Of a DNA stretch of 64,000 bases, positions 1-12,000 are shown in pieces (the stretch's first letter is position 1; each line of letters starts with the position of its first letter). The stretch comes from an uncultured Planctomycetia bacterium (GTDB taxonomy: Bacteria > Omnitrophota > Gorgyraeia > Tantalellales > Tantalellaceae), in contig CAZNEE010000003.1 in assembly GCA_964572255.1 (NCBI GenBank), positions 118,539 through 182,538 of the forward strand. Direction: 5' to 3'. A model generated the notes under the pieces. That model was not told where the DNA came from. It made no database searches and worked only from the letters and a program-made list of their open reading frames with translations. The position numbers were made by a program, and so were the translations under genes.

Positions 1-3000
1 ATCAAATTCGCGGCTTTGAGTTCCCTGCCTAACAGGAATTTTTCCCCCATCAGCTTCGCCATTTTTACCAGAAAAATATGCATTCTCTCATCCATATCCT
101 CAACTTTTTCTTTGGCGTCCTCATCTACAAGGCCATTGGCCAGATCGTTGATTTCTCCGTTTTTATATGTCCCCGCCAAAACCGCGTTTATTATCTTCGT
201 ATTCCATTCTTTGGAGAGCCAATACTCGAACGCCTTCTTGCAATTCTCAGCTATCAGCAGGAACCACAGGCCTGAAAGAAAAACAAAAGTGCTTAATAAG
301 GCCGGAACCGCGGTCAATGCCCCCGGTATCATAAAAGAAGCCGCTAAGGAGATCACAAGACCCACAACGCCTATAATGAGCGATCTCTCCGACCACCTGT
401 AATAAGTCCCTATAGTTATGCCTTCCTCATATTGATCATATCTTTTTATTATCTCCTTTGCGTCGGCAGGAGAAAGACCGATCCCTGAATCCAAAAATCT
501 CAAAAACATCTTATTCTTGAATTTTGTCTGGTCATTACTGCTCGCAAATATTTTCTGTAACTTCCCGAGAATAAGAGGATTATTCCTTGAATCCTTGAGC
601 ATGTTCAGGAACACACTGAGAGCTTTCAAGGTTTCTTCGCCGGCCTGCTCATTCTTTTCAATATCCTGAATTATGAATTTTATGGCCTCCGGGATGGAAT
701 CCGGATTTTCCCTTCTCAGATCTTCTCTCACGCCCGGATCGAACCTGTTCACGGCGGTATTTGCGATCCTTATTATTGATACCAGCTGCTTCATTTTCTC
801 GGGATTAATTGACGACTGCATACGGATGAGCATCTCATCTTCCTCGACTTTTCTGCAAAATTCCCTGTAAGTGCCGTAATTGAAAAGCAGCATCCTGACA
901 TCTTTCTTTATCTCTTTCGGAAGACTGATATCAGTAGCTTCCAGCATTCTTACCGCAAAAGTGTTCACCCCGAATACTGACCAGACAACTTCTTGTTGTA
1001 ATTTATTAAGTTTCCTGCGGGGTGTTTTCAGTAATTTAGCGATCTCTTTACAAACGCGCTCAAATTGTTCGTCTATAGGAAGCCCCTCAGCGCCTATTTC
1101 TTTGATCAACGCTCTCATCGCTCCCTTTATATGCCATACTTCCCCTTTTTGGGCAGGATATTTTTTCTTAAGCGCGGCTCTGATCTCCAGAAAATCATTC
1201 CTGTGACTTCCCATTCTCGGGCCAAGGCCCAGATGATGCACAAAGATCGCAAGTTTTAAGGTAAGTATGTCCTCGTTCTGGAATTCTTTTTCTTCGGCCA
1301 TCCTTCTTGCCATTTTTTCGGCAAGTTCGGCTTCGAGCAGAACATGCGGATACAGGTCCACTAGCCCGTGACTGTTATATAGTTCCTCTATCTTGTTTAT
1401 TATCCCTTTTCTCACGCCCGAGGGGGCCGCGGGAGCGCTTTTTCTGAGAACACGAGTGTGATCTATGCGTATCTTATCGGTAATATCCTTGTATATCCCC
1501 CTGCTTTCTTCCGTCAGAAGCGTTTTCTGATCAAAAATATTCGCAAACCTTCTTATCCCCAATCTCCCGCCTTTTACCCCGAGGTCCCCGTTCCTAAAAA
1601 CATAAAGGTTGGTTTCTTCCCGCCCGGATATGGCAAATTCCATCTTTCTTAAATTTCCGTAATCCTCGCGCATCTCATGATTTAGATCTTCGTATTCCCA
1701 TTCTCTCAACGAATATCTTGTTTCCATGTCACGGCTTATTTCCCATTCGAACTTCTTTATGGAAGACATGTTCTTATTCAAAAACAACTGCGCCAGATCT
1801 CTTACTTCATCAAGGTTTACACGCGAAACACATGTATATATTTCAACATTTTTATCCTTGCAGTGTTTTTTGACCAGGTCCAGCGCCCGCTCCAGCTTCT
1901 CAGACTTTTTCTGTACCTTGAAAGACACCTTATTCACATATTTGGTCATTTTTGAACTGATTATGTTCCATTTATCCCCCACCTCATCAATATTTTCTAT
2001 AAATCCGGCGAACGAAACAACTACTGTCATTTTCTTACTTGCGTGTCCGAGAAGCTCCTTCAGGGCATCCATCTTTTTCTCATCATCGAGCAATCCTCTT
2101 GATATATCGAAAATGAAATTTACCCTGCTTACGCCTTTTTCGGCCAATAGATCAACCATTTTTATTTCGCTTGCCGGGTCTTCCCTTATACTTGAAAGAT
2201 CAAAATACACGCTGGGCGGCAGCAATCCGGTTCCTTCGGCTTCATAAAAATTTCTTTTTATTTCACCGCATATAGTCCCGAATTTTTCATGCTTCTCACG
2301 AAGAACGTTTATGTTGGAAAATATTCTTTGGATATCATCGAGTTTGAACTTTTTATAATCACCTTTTCTGTAGAACGGCCAGATCCCGCTCATGGCTACA
2401 GGGCCGACTTTTTCCACGCTTTTGGAATCGGTAAAATATTTCGCATGGCCATGCCTTTTCGGAAAAAAGTAAACCGTCGCTCTTTTTTCCTTATTAACCG
2501 TAACGATCTTATCGACAGTGTATCCGTTGTCTCTAAAGATCTCTTCAACGTCATAGCATCTGGTACTCAACAAATTAATATCACCGGTATTATCAACGCG
2601 CCCGTTGACAGCGAAAACGGCAATAGGATTCTCTGTGTCCGGATATCCTTTTACCGTAAATATTACATCATCTCCGTCACGCTCAGTACATAACGGTTCC
2701 AGTTCGTACTTTTTAATAGGAAGCGGATCGTCCAGTTTAAACAGGTGAAAATGCAGATTCTTGGTATTATCGGCAGCCAACTCGTTCGTCCAGGATAGTG
2801 TTTCCCCGGATAAATTCCTTAATATCTCAAACGCGTCACGGTAATGTTCCCTTTCAAATGAGTTCTGCGGGATATTCTCCTGTGTTTCAACCTCTACTTG
2901 CGAGAAAAAGATCCCGTCCTCTTCCAATTTGAAATGATAGCCTCCCCTGTCCCTCTGTTCGGGTGTTTCACTTGTGTTCCTTCTGCGCGCAGGAGTATAT

Positions 3001-6000
3001 TGCTTGGTCAGAAATGTATCGCTGATGTTTTCGCTTTCCCAACGATGTTCCCTGAGTTCCGCTTTTTTGCCCTTTTTGCGCACCTTTTTGCTTATTTTTC
3101 CCCTTAGATCCTGCAGGTCCTTTGCCAAACTTGCAAAATCCCCCTGTTTTATGACTTTCACCTCTGTTTTGAGTCGATTTCTTTTTATCAAACGGGCTAA
3201 AGTATAAAAACCCGGCATCAGGAAAAACATGCCCCAGAATTCTTTTTTAAATAATTCATGGAGTATGATCTTGCTTAGATCTTTTTCGCGGACGATATTC
3301 CTGATAGCGTCATGATACTCAATACTTCCGTCATGCTGTCTTTCAGCTATTGCAGTAATTAAAATCTCATCGCCGGAGAAAGCTTCATCTCCGGGCGTGG
3401 GTGGCACATACCCCCTCAAGGCCATTCTGGCCAATTTTCCCAGGCCTAAAAATCTGCCGGCCGAAACAGCAAAAAAAGCTCCCAAAACGGCGAATCCCGT
3501 CCAAATGCCATAATACAGAACATGTGCTTCCACCATCAATCCTATAAGTATACCGACCAGTGCGCCCGCAAAACTGACCGCGCTCAGCATGGCCATGATC
3601 TTACCCCACAATGAAGCGCTTTCAACGGTGAACGGATGGGCCGGCGGGATCTCCGGAGGATCTTTCTGCCTCTGCGTTTCCATGAATTTTATGTCTTCTG
3701 GAAGAAATTCACTGCAATGACGGGCATAAGCAGCTAAAGATAATAATTGTCCGTCCTTTTCCGATATCAATTTTGCTAAAGCCTCCAAGGCCCTTCTGTC
3801 TTCAATACCTTCTTCGTAATATTTTTTCTCAAGAAACTTGAATGAATCCTCAAAGGATTCAAAAGGTCTTCCTTCATGGAACAAATTCATCTTATCGACA
3901 TTGTTGCCGTTTTCAAAGACATCGGCCGTAAAAAGTATCGTTAACAATAAACCTAACTCTTCGGGAGTAATGGGCAACTTGCCCCTGGAATCATCTTTTG
4001 ACGCGAAAAACTCTGAAGGAAATTGATGGTACTTTATTAAAAGTTCGACTTCCAAAGGCATTTTAACGCCAAGAGACTTTATGTCTTCTGCTGAACGTGT
4101 CCCATGGTCATAAAAATCTCTTGCTACATTTTTCTCCTCACTGGTTAATGCGCCGCCTTTTTTATTCTCAACGAATCTGTAGAAATCACTTATTGAAAAA
4201 AATGCTCTTCTGCCTTCCTTTGAAAGTTTTTTGCCGATATACCTTTTAACGTCATTGACTACCGCTGGGTCGAGAACTTTTCCGTCATGAACTTCCCCGG
4301 CAGCCATTAATATTTCTATCAACCGATCAGACAATCCTATTCTTCTGGCGATCAGCTCCGCCATTCTTGAAGCACGGGCAACATGTTCCATATGAAAATC
4401 TGTCTCTTCCGTTTGGATCGACTCTAAGCATAACTCTAACCGTTGTTCACGGTTCATTTGCATGATATCGTACTTTCCTTTAGCAAAAACAAGAAGTGAT
4501 AGAAACCTGTCTCTTCCCTGAAAGGACCTGATTATGAACTGACCATCTATATTCATCATGGCATCTGCACCGTTATCAAAAATGATCGCATCGGTAATGC
4601 CCATCTTTTCCAATCTTTGCTGCGCTTCTTTGAATGTTATGCCGATCCGGTTCGACTTGCCTTCAACGATTATCGAAACAAGATTTCCATCTTTGTCTAT
4701 AGCGCAAATATTATGGGGGTTTATGCCTCTTTTCAGGCCTATGGTAAGTTCGTTATTATCTTTATCAAGAAAGTAAACGCCGTATTTTACTTCACTTGCC
4801 GCTTCTGCTTTAATATAATGTTTTTCCTCCCGTAAATTCTCATCCAGCTGCTTTATCTGATCATCTGTCAGAGGGGCCTCTCTTTCTTCAAGTTTTAAAG
4901 TAATGAGTTTTTCTTCTATCGCCGGCACAATAAGATCTTTTATTACTTTCCCTGTTTCATCATAGAAATGGCTTACTCCGAAACTGATCTTCCCGTCAGG
5001 TATAAACGGAAAATCAAGATAATGCCTTACGTCATAATCGTGTTCGTAATGCTCGGCTAAATCGTACGGCCGGCCATTCTTAAGGATCCCGATACCGGAA
5101 TTAGTTGATACAACTTCACCTGTTATATCTTTTCCGGTACTCTCTTCTATGATCCTTTCACCTCCAGTAAACCTGACTTCTTCTATGCTGATATGTCCGT
5201 CTTTCCATATTACCAGTGACGGATATACCCGGCTATTACCGCTATAGATCAGCTCTTTTTCAGCTTCAACAGCATGAAGTCTTCCGTCAACATAAGAAGC
5301 GAGATGCGCATTCGCAAGAATGTTACCGTTGCCGGTAAACCCGATTATCTCGAAATTAGGATAGTCTTTTCTGAATTCCTCAAGATGTCTCTCGATATCC
5401 CATACATCTTTCCTGGCATTTTCATAATCCGGAGCTATATCATCAACATCTTGTACCTCTCCGCCCTCTAACTGATATTTAAAATGCATCGTGGCTTTAT
5501 CTCTTAACATTCCCCAGCTTCTTGCCATATTTTTCTGAAAAACCGGATAAGCTCTGGCTTCTGAAGGATCATATTTAGCCACTGCCATACGTGTTTCAGG
5601 GCCGCGTTCACTGGTAAAATCAACAAGCGCAACCGGTAAATGTACTTTCTCGTAAGCTTCATCGGTTATCTCTAATATTTGACCGTACTCATGCAGAGTT
5701 GAGTCTGTTAAAGCACTAACGGCTTCATCCGTCATATATTCACTAATGTTGATGCCGGATCTTTCAAGATCATCTCTTATAAAGGAAAAAGAATCCTTAG
5801 GAGATTCTTTTTCCTTTTCTTCCTCAGCTTTCAGCCTCCTCACTTCAACTCTTCTTAAATAATCCGATCCCATCTCTATTGAATCAACAGCCGTAAAATA
5901 TATATACATTCTTTTTAATAATTTTCTTATTTCAAAATCTCTCTCGTGACCATAACCAAACACCGTCTCATCTATCACATCAAAAGCTTTCTTCTTGTCC

Positions 6001-9000
6001 CTAAAAACGCTTTGCTTAACAGGCTTTTTGTCTTTATCTTGAATGGTAAATTCATCCAAAAGGATCTTTATCTCGGCTGGGACAACTATATTATTACTTG
6101 CAAATATCTGGAGGGTGTTATCCGTCGGTTTTTCAAGCGCAGCCATCTCGGGGCTACCATAAGAGCTTCCGATCGCATGAGCGATAATAAATTTATGGAA
6201 GATATTTTGGAAGTGTTCAAGGTCATCCTGGTTTTCATCTTCCCTTCCAAGCGGCCATATAATATCGAACATCCTGATAAGTCTGGTTATATGGGTTCTG
6301 TTAAGTTCATGGGGAATGATCTCCAAAAGCTCACTGTCATTAATATCCATGATGTTCCGACGCGGTTGTGTCCCCGGTTTCCCTCTCCCCGGCTCACTCA
6401 TATCAACAAATGAAAGACCGCTAAGCAGGGATAACAATAAAAGCGTCCTGGAAGTGCCGCCCGGCAGCATGGCAGCTTTATCGATCGATTTTTCTTTGAC
6501 CTCGTAATATTCCGGATCCGTGAGCCATGACAGCATCCAATTTATCACTTCCGAATTATTTCTCGGATTAACGCCTTCAAATATGGCTATTCTGATAAGC
6601 AAGGATCTGTACTGCTGGGGATATGAGACTCCGATAAGTTCCATCTTGAATGCCTCAAGAAGTTTTCCGTCGGAAGAAGTGAAATTAGCGAGCATTTTAA
6701 AATTACTGTAATGAGGTGATCTGCGGTTGTACGACGCGGCGCAATGCTCGAAATATTCTTTTAAGCCGGAGAAGCCCTTTTGTTCCGCGATATATTTGCG
6801 GTACTCGTTCTGGATCGAATACGCCTCATATTCATTCTGCATCTTCCGCGCAATGAACTTTTTGAAGTCTTCACGAAGTTTTTTGCTTTCATCGGTTTTC
6901 TGTAAAAATTCCGACATCTTTATACCGGCGATTTTTTCGCCCATTTCGATCTCTGCCTGAGCACGTTTGTTCTGATGCGGAAGCATATGAACTATTTCAT
7001 GCACGATGGCCGACTCGATCTCAGGATCTGAATATTCGCCGACGAATGCGGCATTGATCCGAACTATATCACCCCTATTTTCGTCGGTCTGCAGTATATA
7101 GGGCTTAGAGGGGTCATTAACGACTTCCAAACGGGATTTTTTAAACTCATATAATAGTTTGAGAATTTCCTTTGTATGTTTGGAAAAAGTCCAGCCGTCT
7201 TTCTCGATATGATTTATGGCATTACCGGTAAGTTTTAATATCCTCCCTTCAATAGGTGACGGTCCGGCCGGTTCAGCTTCTTTAATTTGTTTTTCGGAAG
7301 TTTTCTTGATTTTTTGCGAAATATCTATTTTTTTATCTTCCGAGCTTTCTTTTGATATCTCGGCAGACGGTTTTACCGGTTCTTGTGATATCGGTCTTTT
7401 CGCAAAATAAAATACCAAAGTTGCGATGATGCTGATCAAAACGAACGCAACCGCCATGACAGCTATTGATATTTTTCCGCTTTCACCGGATCTTTTCTGC
7501 GAAACGTCATAATATTCAGGGTCTGATAACCACTCGAACAGCCAGTTTCCGAAAACTGCCGGATCACTCTTGCCTTCAAGAGCAGCCGCAAAATAAACCG
7601 GTTTTCGCGTCCCGGGTGCGATCGCTTGCTCGAATAGATCTATTTTATATCCCTCAGGTAAAGTCCCCCCCGGATATACTATTGAAAGAAGATTGGCATA
7701 ACCTTCCTTGAAGCCCGGATCATTTGTTTTCGATCCGAGATATTTTAAATACCCTTTTAGATCGGAATAACCTTTCGCCTTTGCCTGTTCGTATCTGTAC
7801 CTGTTCTGTATGCTGTAAGCTTCAAATTCATTATGAGTAGCTACTGCTGCCGCTATTTTTATGCTTGTTGAGATCCTTTTGGTGAATCCGTCAATATTTC
7901 CCGAAAGAACAGCCTTAAAATACCCCAGAAAATTCCGTATGACCCCTAATACCCCTTTATTCCTATGTTTATCAAATGCCTTCTGCCTCTTGACCTGCAC
8001 CTTAAGAAAGTGTACCATCTCATGTAAAAGTATCGCTTCAATATCCTCTTCGGGTATATCCCGCAAAAGAACCGGATTTACTCTTAATTCCCTGTTTTTT
8101 GCCACCGCTTCTGAATGAGCTTCAAAAAGCGCATTTTTTATAGTAGTTTTGCCCGGACTTAAGAACGGATCTTTGATGAAATCCTTAACCAGTTCAAGGA
8201 GTTCCTGGCGGTGTTCAAAATCAGGAAGCCAGCCATCATGTTCAATATGGCCGGCAATATTCCGGGCTGACTGGACAATAACCTCCTGCACATGTTCAGG
8301 AGGGGATCTCTTGGCGCGGTAGATCATATAGATCGCGCCTGTTATTAATATTATAATACCTATATAGAGGACTGCCGGATTGGTAAAGTAAGTTGAGATA
8401 TCACTTTTAACAAAAGGAAAGGCAAATACGCCTAATGCCCCGGCATCAGATGGCCCCGCTCTTTTATCAGGTCCTTCCCCTTCGGGCCCCTGCTCCTTTT
8501 CTTCATCTTCTTTTACCCCCGTCATCGGCGTCACTTTGGACATTTTTTTATTCAGGATGCTGTTGAAAAGTTCCTCCCCTAATATCCTGTTCATTCTTAT
8601 CAGCGCTTTTCCGGTAACTATCTTATTGAGCTCTTCATTTGACTCATCAGTGTTGGATAGTTTAAGGTCTTTAAGCATTTCAGCAACGGTTTCGGCGTCG
8701 GTAAATTCAACTTCAGTCTTGAGTTTGGGGACCAGTCCCTGTATAACGCCGGGTACGATCAAAACTCCGTGCTTTTTGTAAAGGTAAATACTGAATATTA
8801 TCGTCTTATCAAAGCGCGCGTGGTCGCCGCAAATGCTGACATCCAGATCCCTGGCTTTTGCCGCTTTGACTATTTTCTCCAGAATTTTCAGCATTTCATT
8901 GTCAAAATGGCTGTCCTTAAGATCGTGTCTCGGCAGCTTCTTCACATCGGAAGTGAGGTCATTAGAGCCTATACTTAAAAAACTCAGGCTTACGAATTTT

Positions 9001-12000
9001 TGATCCAGGATGGCATCCAGATCTTTGATCACTTCTTCCGTTTCGACCATTATCCCCACGGGCATCCCGTTGAGAACTTCTTTTTCGATCGCGGAATACT
9101 TCTTAACTATCTCCTCTTTTACTTCGTCGATCAGCTTGCCCAAAAATTTCATGTCATCAACGGTCTTGATCATGGGGATCATCATTTTTAAGTTTTTATA
9201 TCTTGACTGAGCATAAGCGACAAAAATGGCCATTATTTGTATTTTTAAAACTTCTCTCCCCTCCGGTTCTTTATAGTAACCAAACCCATAAACCCCGGGA
9301 ATGTCAGGTAATGCAATACATTTTTTATCATGCTCCTTATCAAAGGTCCTTATAGCAACCTCTTTATCTGCGACATTGGCAACGCTAAGATATACCTCCC
9401 TTTGTCTTTCAAATTCCAGAAATGCTTTTCTATTAAATGCATATTCCGTTCTGACAAGAGCCACCCCATTAGCTCCGAAATCATTATAAAGCTCTTCAAC
9501 AATATCAGCTGCACCCGGCCTCAAATAACCGTTATCATTTTTTCTTGCATGAGCGGGTAAAATAATGTTTCCGTAAATGGACACCTCAACGCCGTCTCGC
9601 GTCTTAGCCACTGTTCTCTTTTTGCGGAGTTCACGTTCCTTTTCGACATAATAATCCTTCATCGTCTGGCTGGTGATAACCTCGCTCACCATATCCCAAC
9701 CTTTTTTTGTCCTTGGATTCCCCGCCAAAAATTTAGCTTGTTCCGTCTTTGTCATGCTCACACTGCTGATAGCCGCAGGTTCCCCTGTTGCGCAAAAATC
9801 ATCAAAGATCACCTCGGGCAGATCCACAAGCAGCATCGCGCCCGCCGCCGTGGCTAAAATAGCGACATGCTCCCGCATTGACCCGTGGCAGCTGACAAAA
9901 TATTTTATCCCGTACCTCTGCGTCATCTTCCTGAGTATGATCTCATCCCGGACCATGTCCCTGGAAACAACAACGATCTCCCTGTCTTCCTCCCTGGCCT
10001 GTTCGACTATTTCCCTTAAACCTTCTATGGCTACATCTTCTATATCAAGCTCGACAGAGAGTTTATTCACGACCCTTTCCGCTAAAGCCGCTTCATCCCT
10101 TCTTCTCTGGCCCTCAGCTATGGGATACTTCTCGCTGAGCCATTCCCAGATAGCGAAACGCGCGGTATAATTATGTTCTTCCATTTTTTTCTTGGCGGAT
10201 TCTATCGCTTCCGCCGCCAGTTTGACCTCATTTATATGCCCGAAGACATCATTTTCCCGCGCTACGGAAAAACAATTCACGAGTTTCTGCTGTTCCGTGC
10301 TTATATCCTCATCGGACACTCTATACCCCTCAGCCAAAGTTATTAATATCCTTGCGAAGATATTCCTTATACTAGTGCCCTTGTCATGTCCGATGGATAA
10401 GCCCTTAAACACATCATAAGTCCGCTTCATCTGGTAAGTAACGCCGGGGTTGCCTTTTTCAAGTTCAAAATTCAACCCTGAGATCAGGCTAAGCAGGTTT
10501 TTATCCTGATCCGTATTAACGAGGCCGACTGCCTTCCTTATCTTCTCCTGGAACTGATATTTTAAGGGTTTAAGTATACTATCTAAATGTATGCGTTCCC
10601 GGTCAATATTCTCTTCATTTATCTCGTACTCTTCGGGCATGATACTTTCATCGAAATGCAATTCTCCTTCCCGGACCGTTTCATAATTAAAGATAACCGC
10701 GTTCCAAACACCGCCCGGTATGCCGTTTGAATTGCATCTTTCAAACGGTTCAAGATGATAGACCGAAGTCAGGGACAGGGCCTCTTTGTATGATCTTTTT
10801 GTCCTTTCCAGGTCAACGATCTCGAAAGATTGCAGTAATCTTTTACGCTTATTTTCCGACAGCACCTCTCTCGTCTCCGCGTTCTGCTGCAGGTGATAAA
10901 CGGAGATCGCCACATCATCGTATACCATGCCTCTTAAGTGTTCATAGTAGATGTTAAGTTTTTTAAGCTTTTCGAGTATGTAATTTTCACAGCCTGTCCT
11001 GTTCTGCGTCGTTACGATTATCCGCGTGTAAGATTCGCCGTTTATCTCCACATCGTTGACAACAGTGAAATAAGGTTCCTTTTTCTTGGCTTCTTCTTTA
11101 CTCGTCTTTGCATCTTCAAGCGTGATCTGTATCAGTGACCATATCGTAAAAAATTCATCATACAATCTCTCTTTATGCCTTATGGTCTCCCCGTCATCAA
11201 AAAGCGATTTCTCTATACACGCATCGATAAATTCAGGCGAAACAGGCGTTACGTCCTTGTAAGTCTCCCCGTACTCTTTGGCTATATCGTGTATGTACGT
11301 TCCAAGAAGTGCATATTCGCCTCTCGCTCTTAGTTTGATAAGTTTTTTTACATCTTCCGCGCTGGTCGGCTCTTCCAGAATGACTTCTTCTTCGGCTACG
11401 TCCCCTTGATCTTCTTCCGCAAACTGTTCGCTCTCTTTTTCTTCCGGGATGGCCGGTTCTTCAAAAACGGACGGTTTTTCCTCATCCGGCGCGGCAGCAT
11501 CAACTTTTTCCTTTTGCGTGAATTTTTCTTTAACTTCCCCGATCACATCCGAAGCCGCATCCGCTACTTTCTTGAGAAAACCTTCATGCGCGCTGTTCTT
11601 CTCGATAAGTTTCACTTCACCTTCACTGACAACATAGATATTCCCGTCAAAATCAACCCTGCAGGTCTTGCCGCTTTCATCCGCCTCAGCCTTCGACCGC
11701 CCGAGATACAGCCTGAAGATCTCCGGATCGATGCGGTCATATTCAACTGCCGTGAGCCTTTCTTTGGGGATGCTGTTGTACGCCGCTTCATAATTATCAG
11801 CCCAGTAATCAACTACGGAATTAAGGTCTTTACCTTCAAGAGCGCATTTTCCCAAAGCATAGACTATGAGTTCTTCCAGCGCCGTAAAATCTCCCGTATC
11901 AAGATAAGCCTCGAGAGCAAGATCGTACTCCCCGGCTTTTACGAGTTCCCTGTAGGGGCCCGTCTTTTTCGTAAGAATGGCAACATACGGACGTATGTTA

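Noticed and set aside
11612-11812. Small minus-strand ORFs such as 11612-11812 (66 aa) and 18156-18494 (112 aa).
   Set aside because: They are out of frame relative to the overlapping giant ORFs, which show clear protein-like composition and cross-gene homology in the primary frame.
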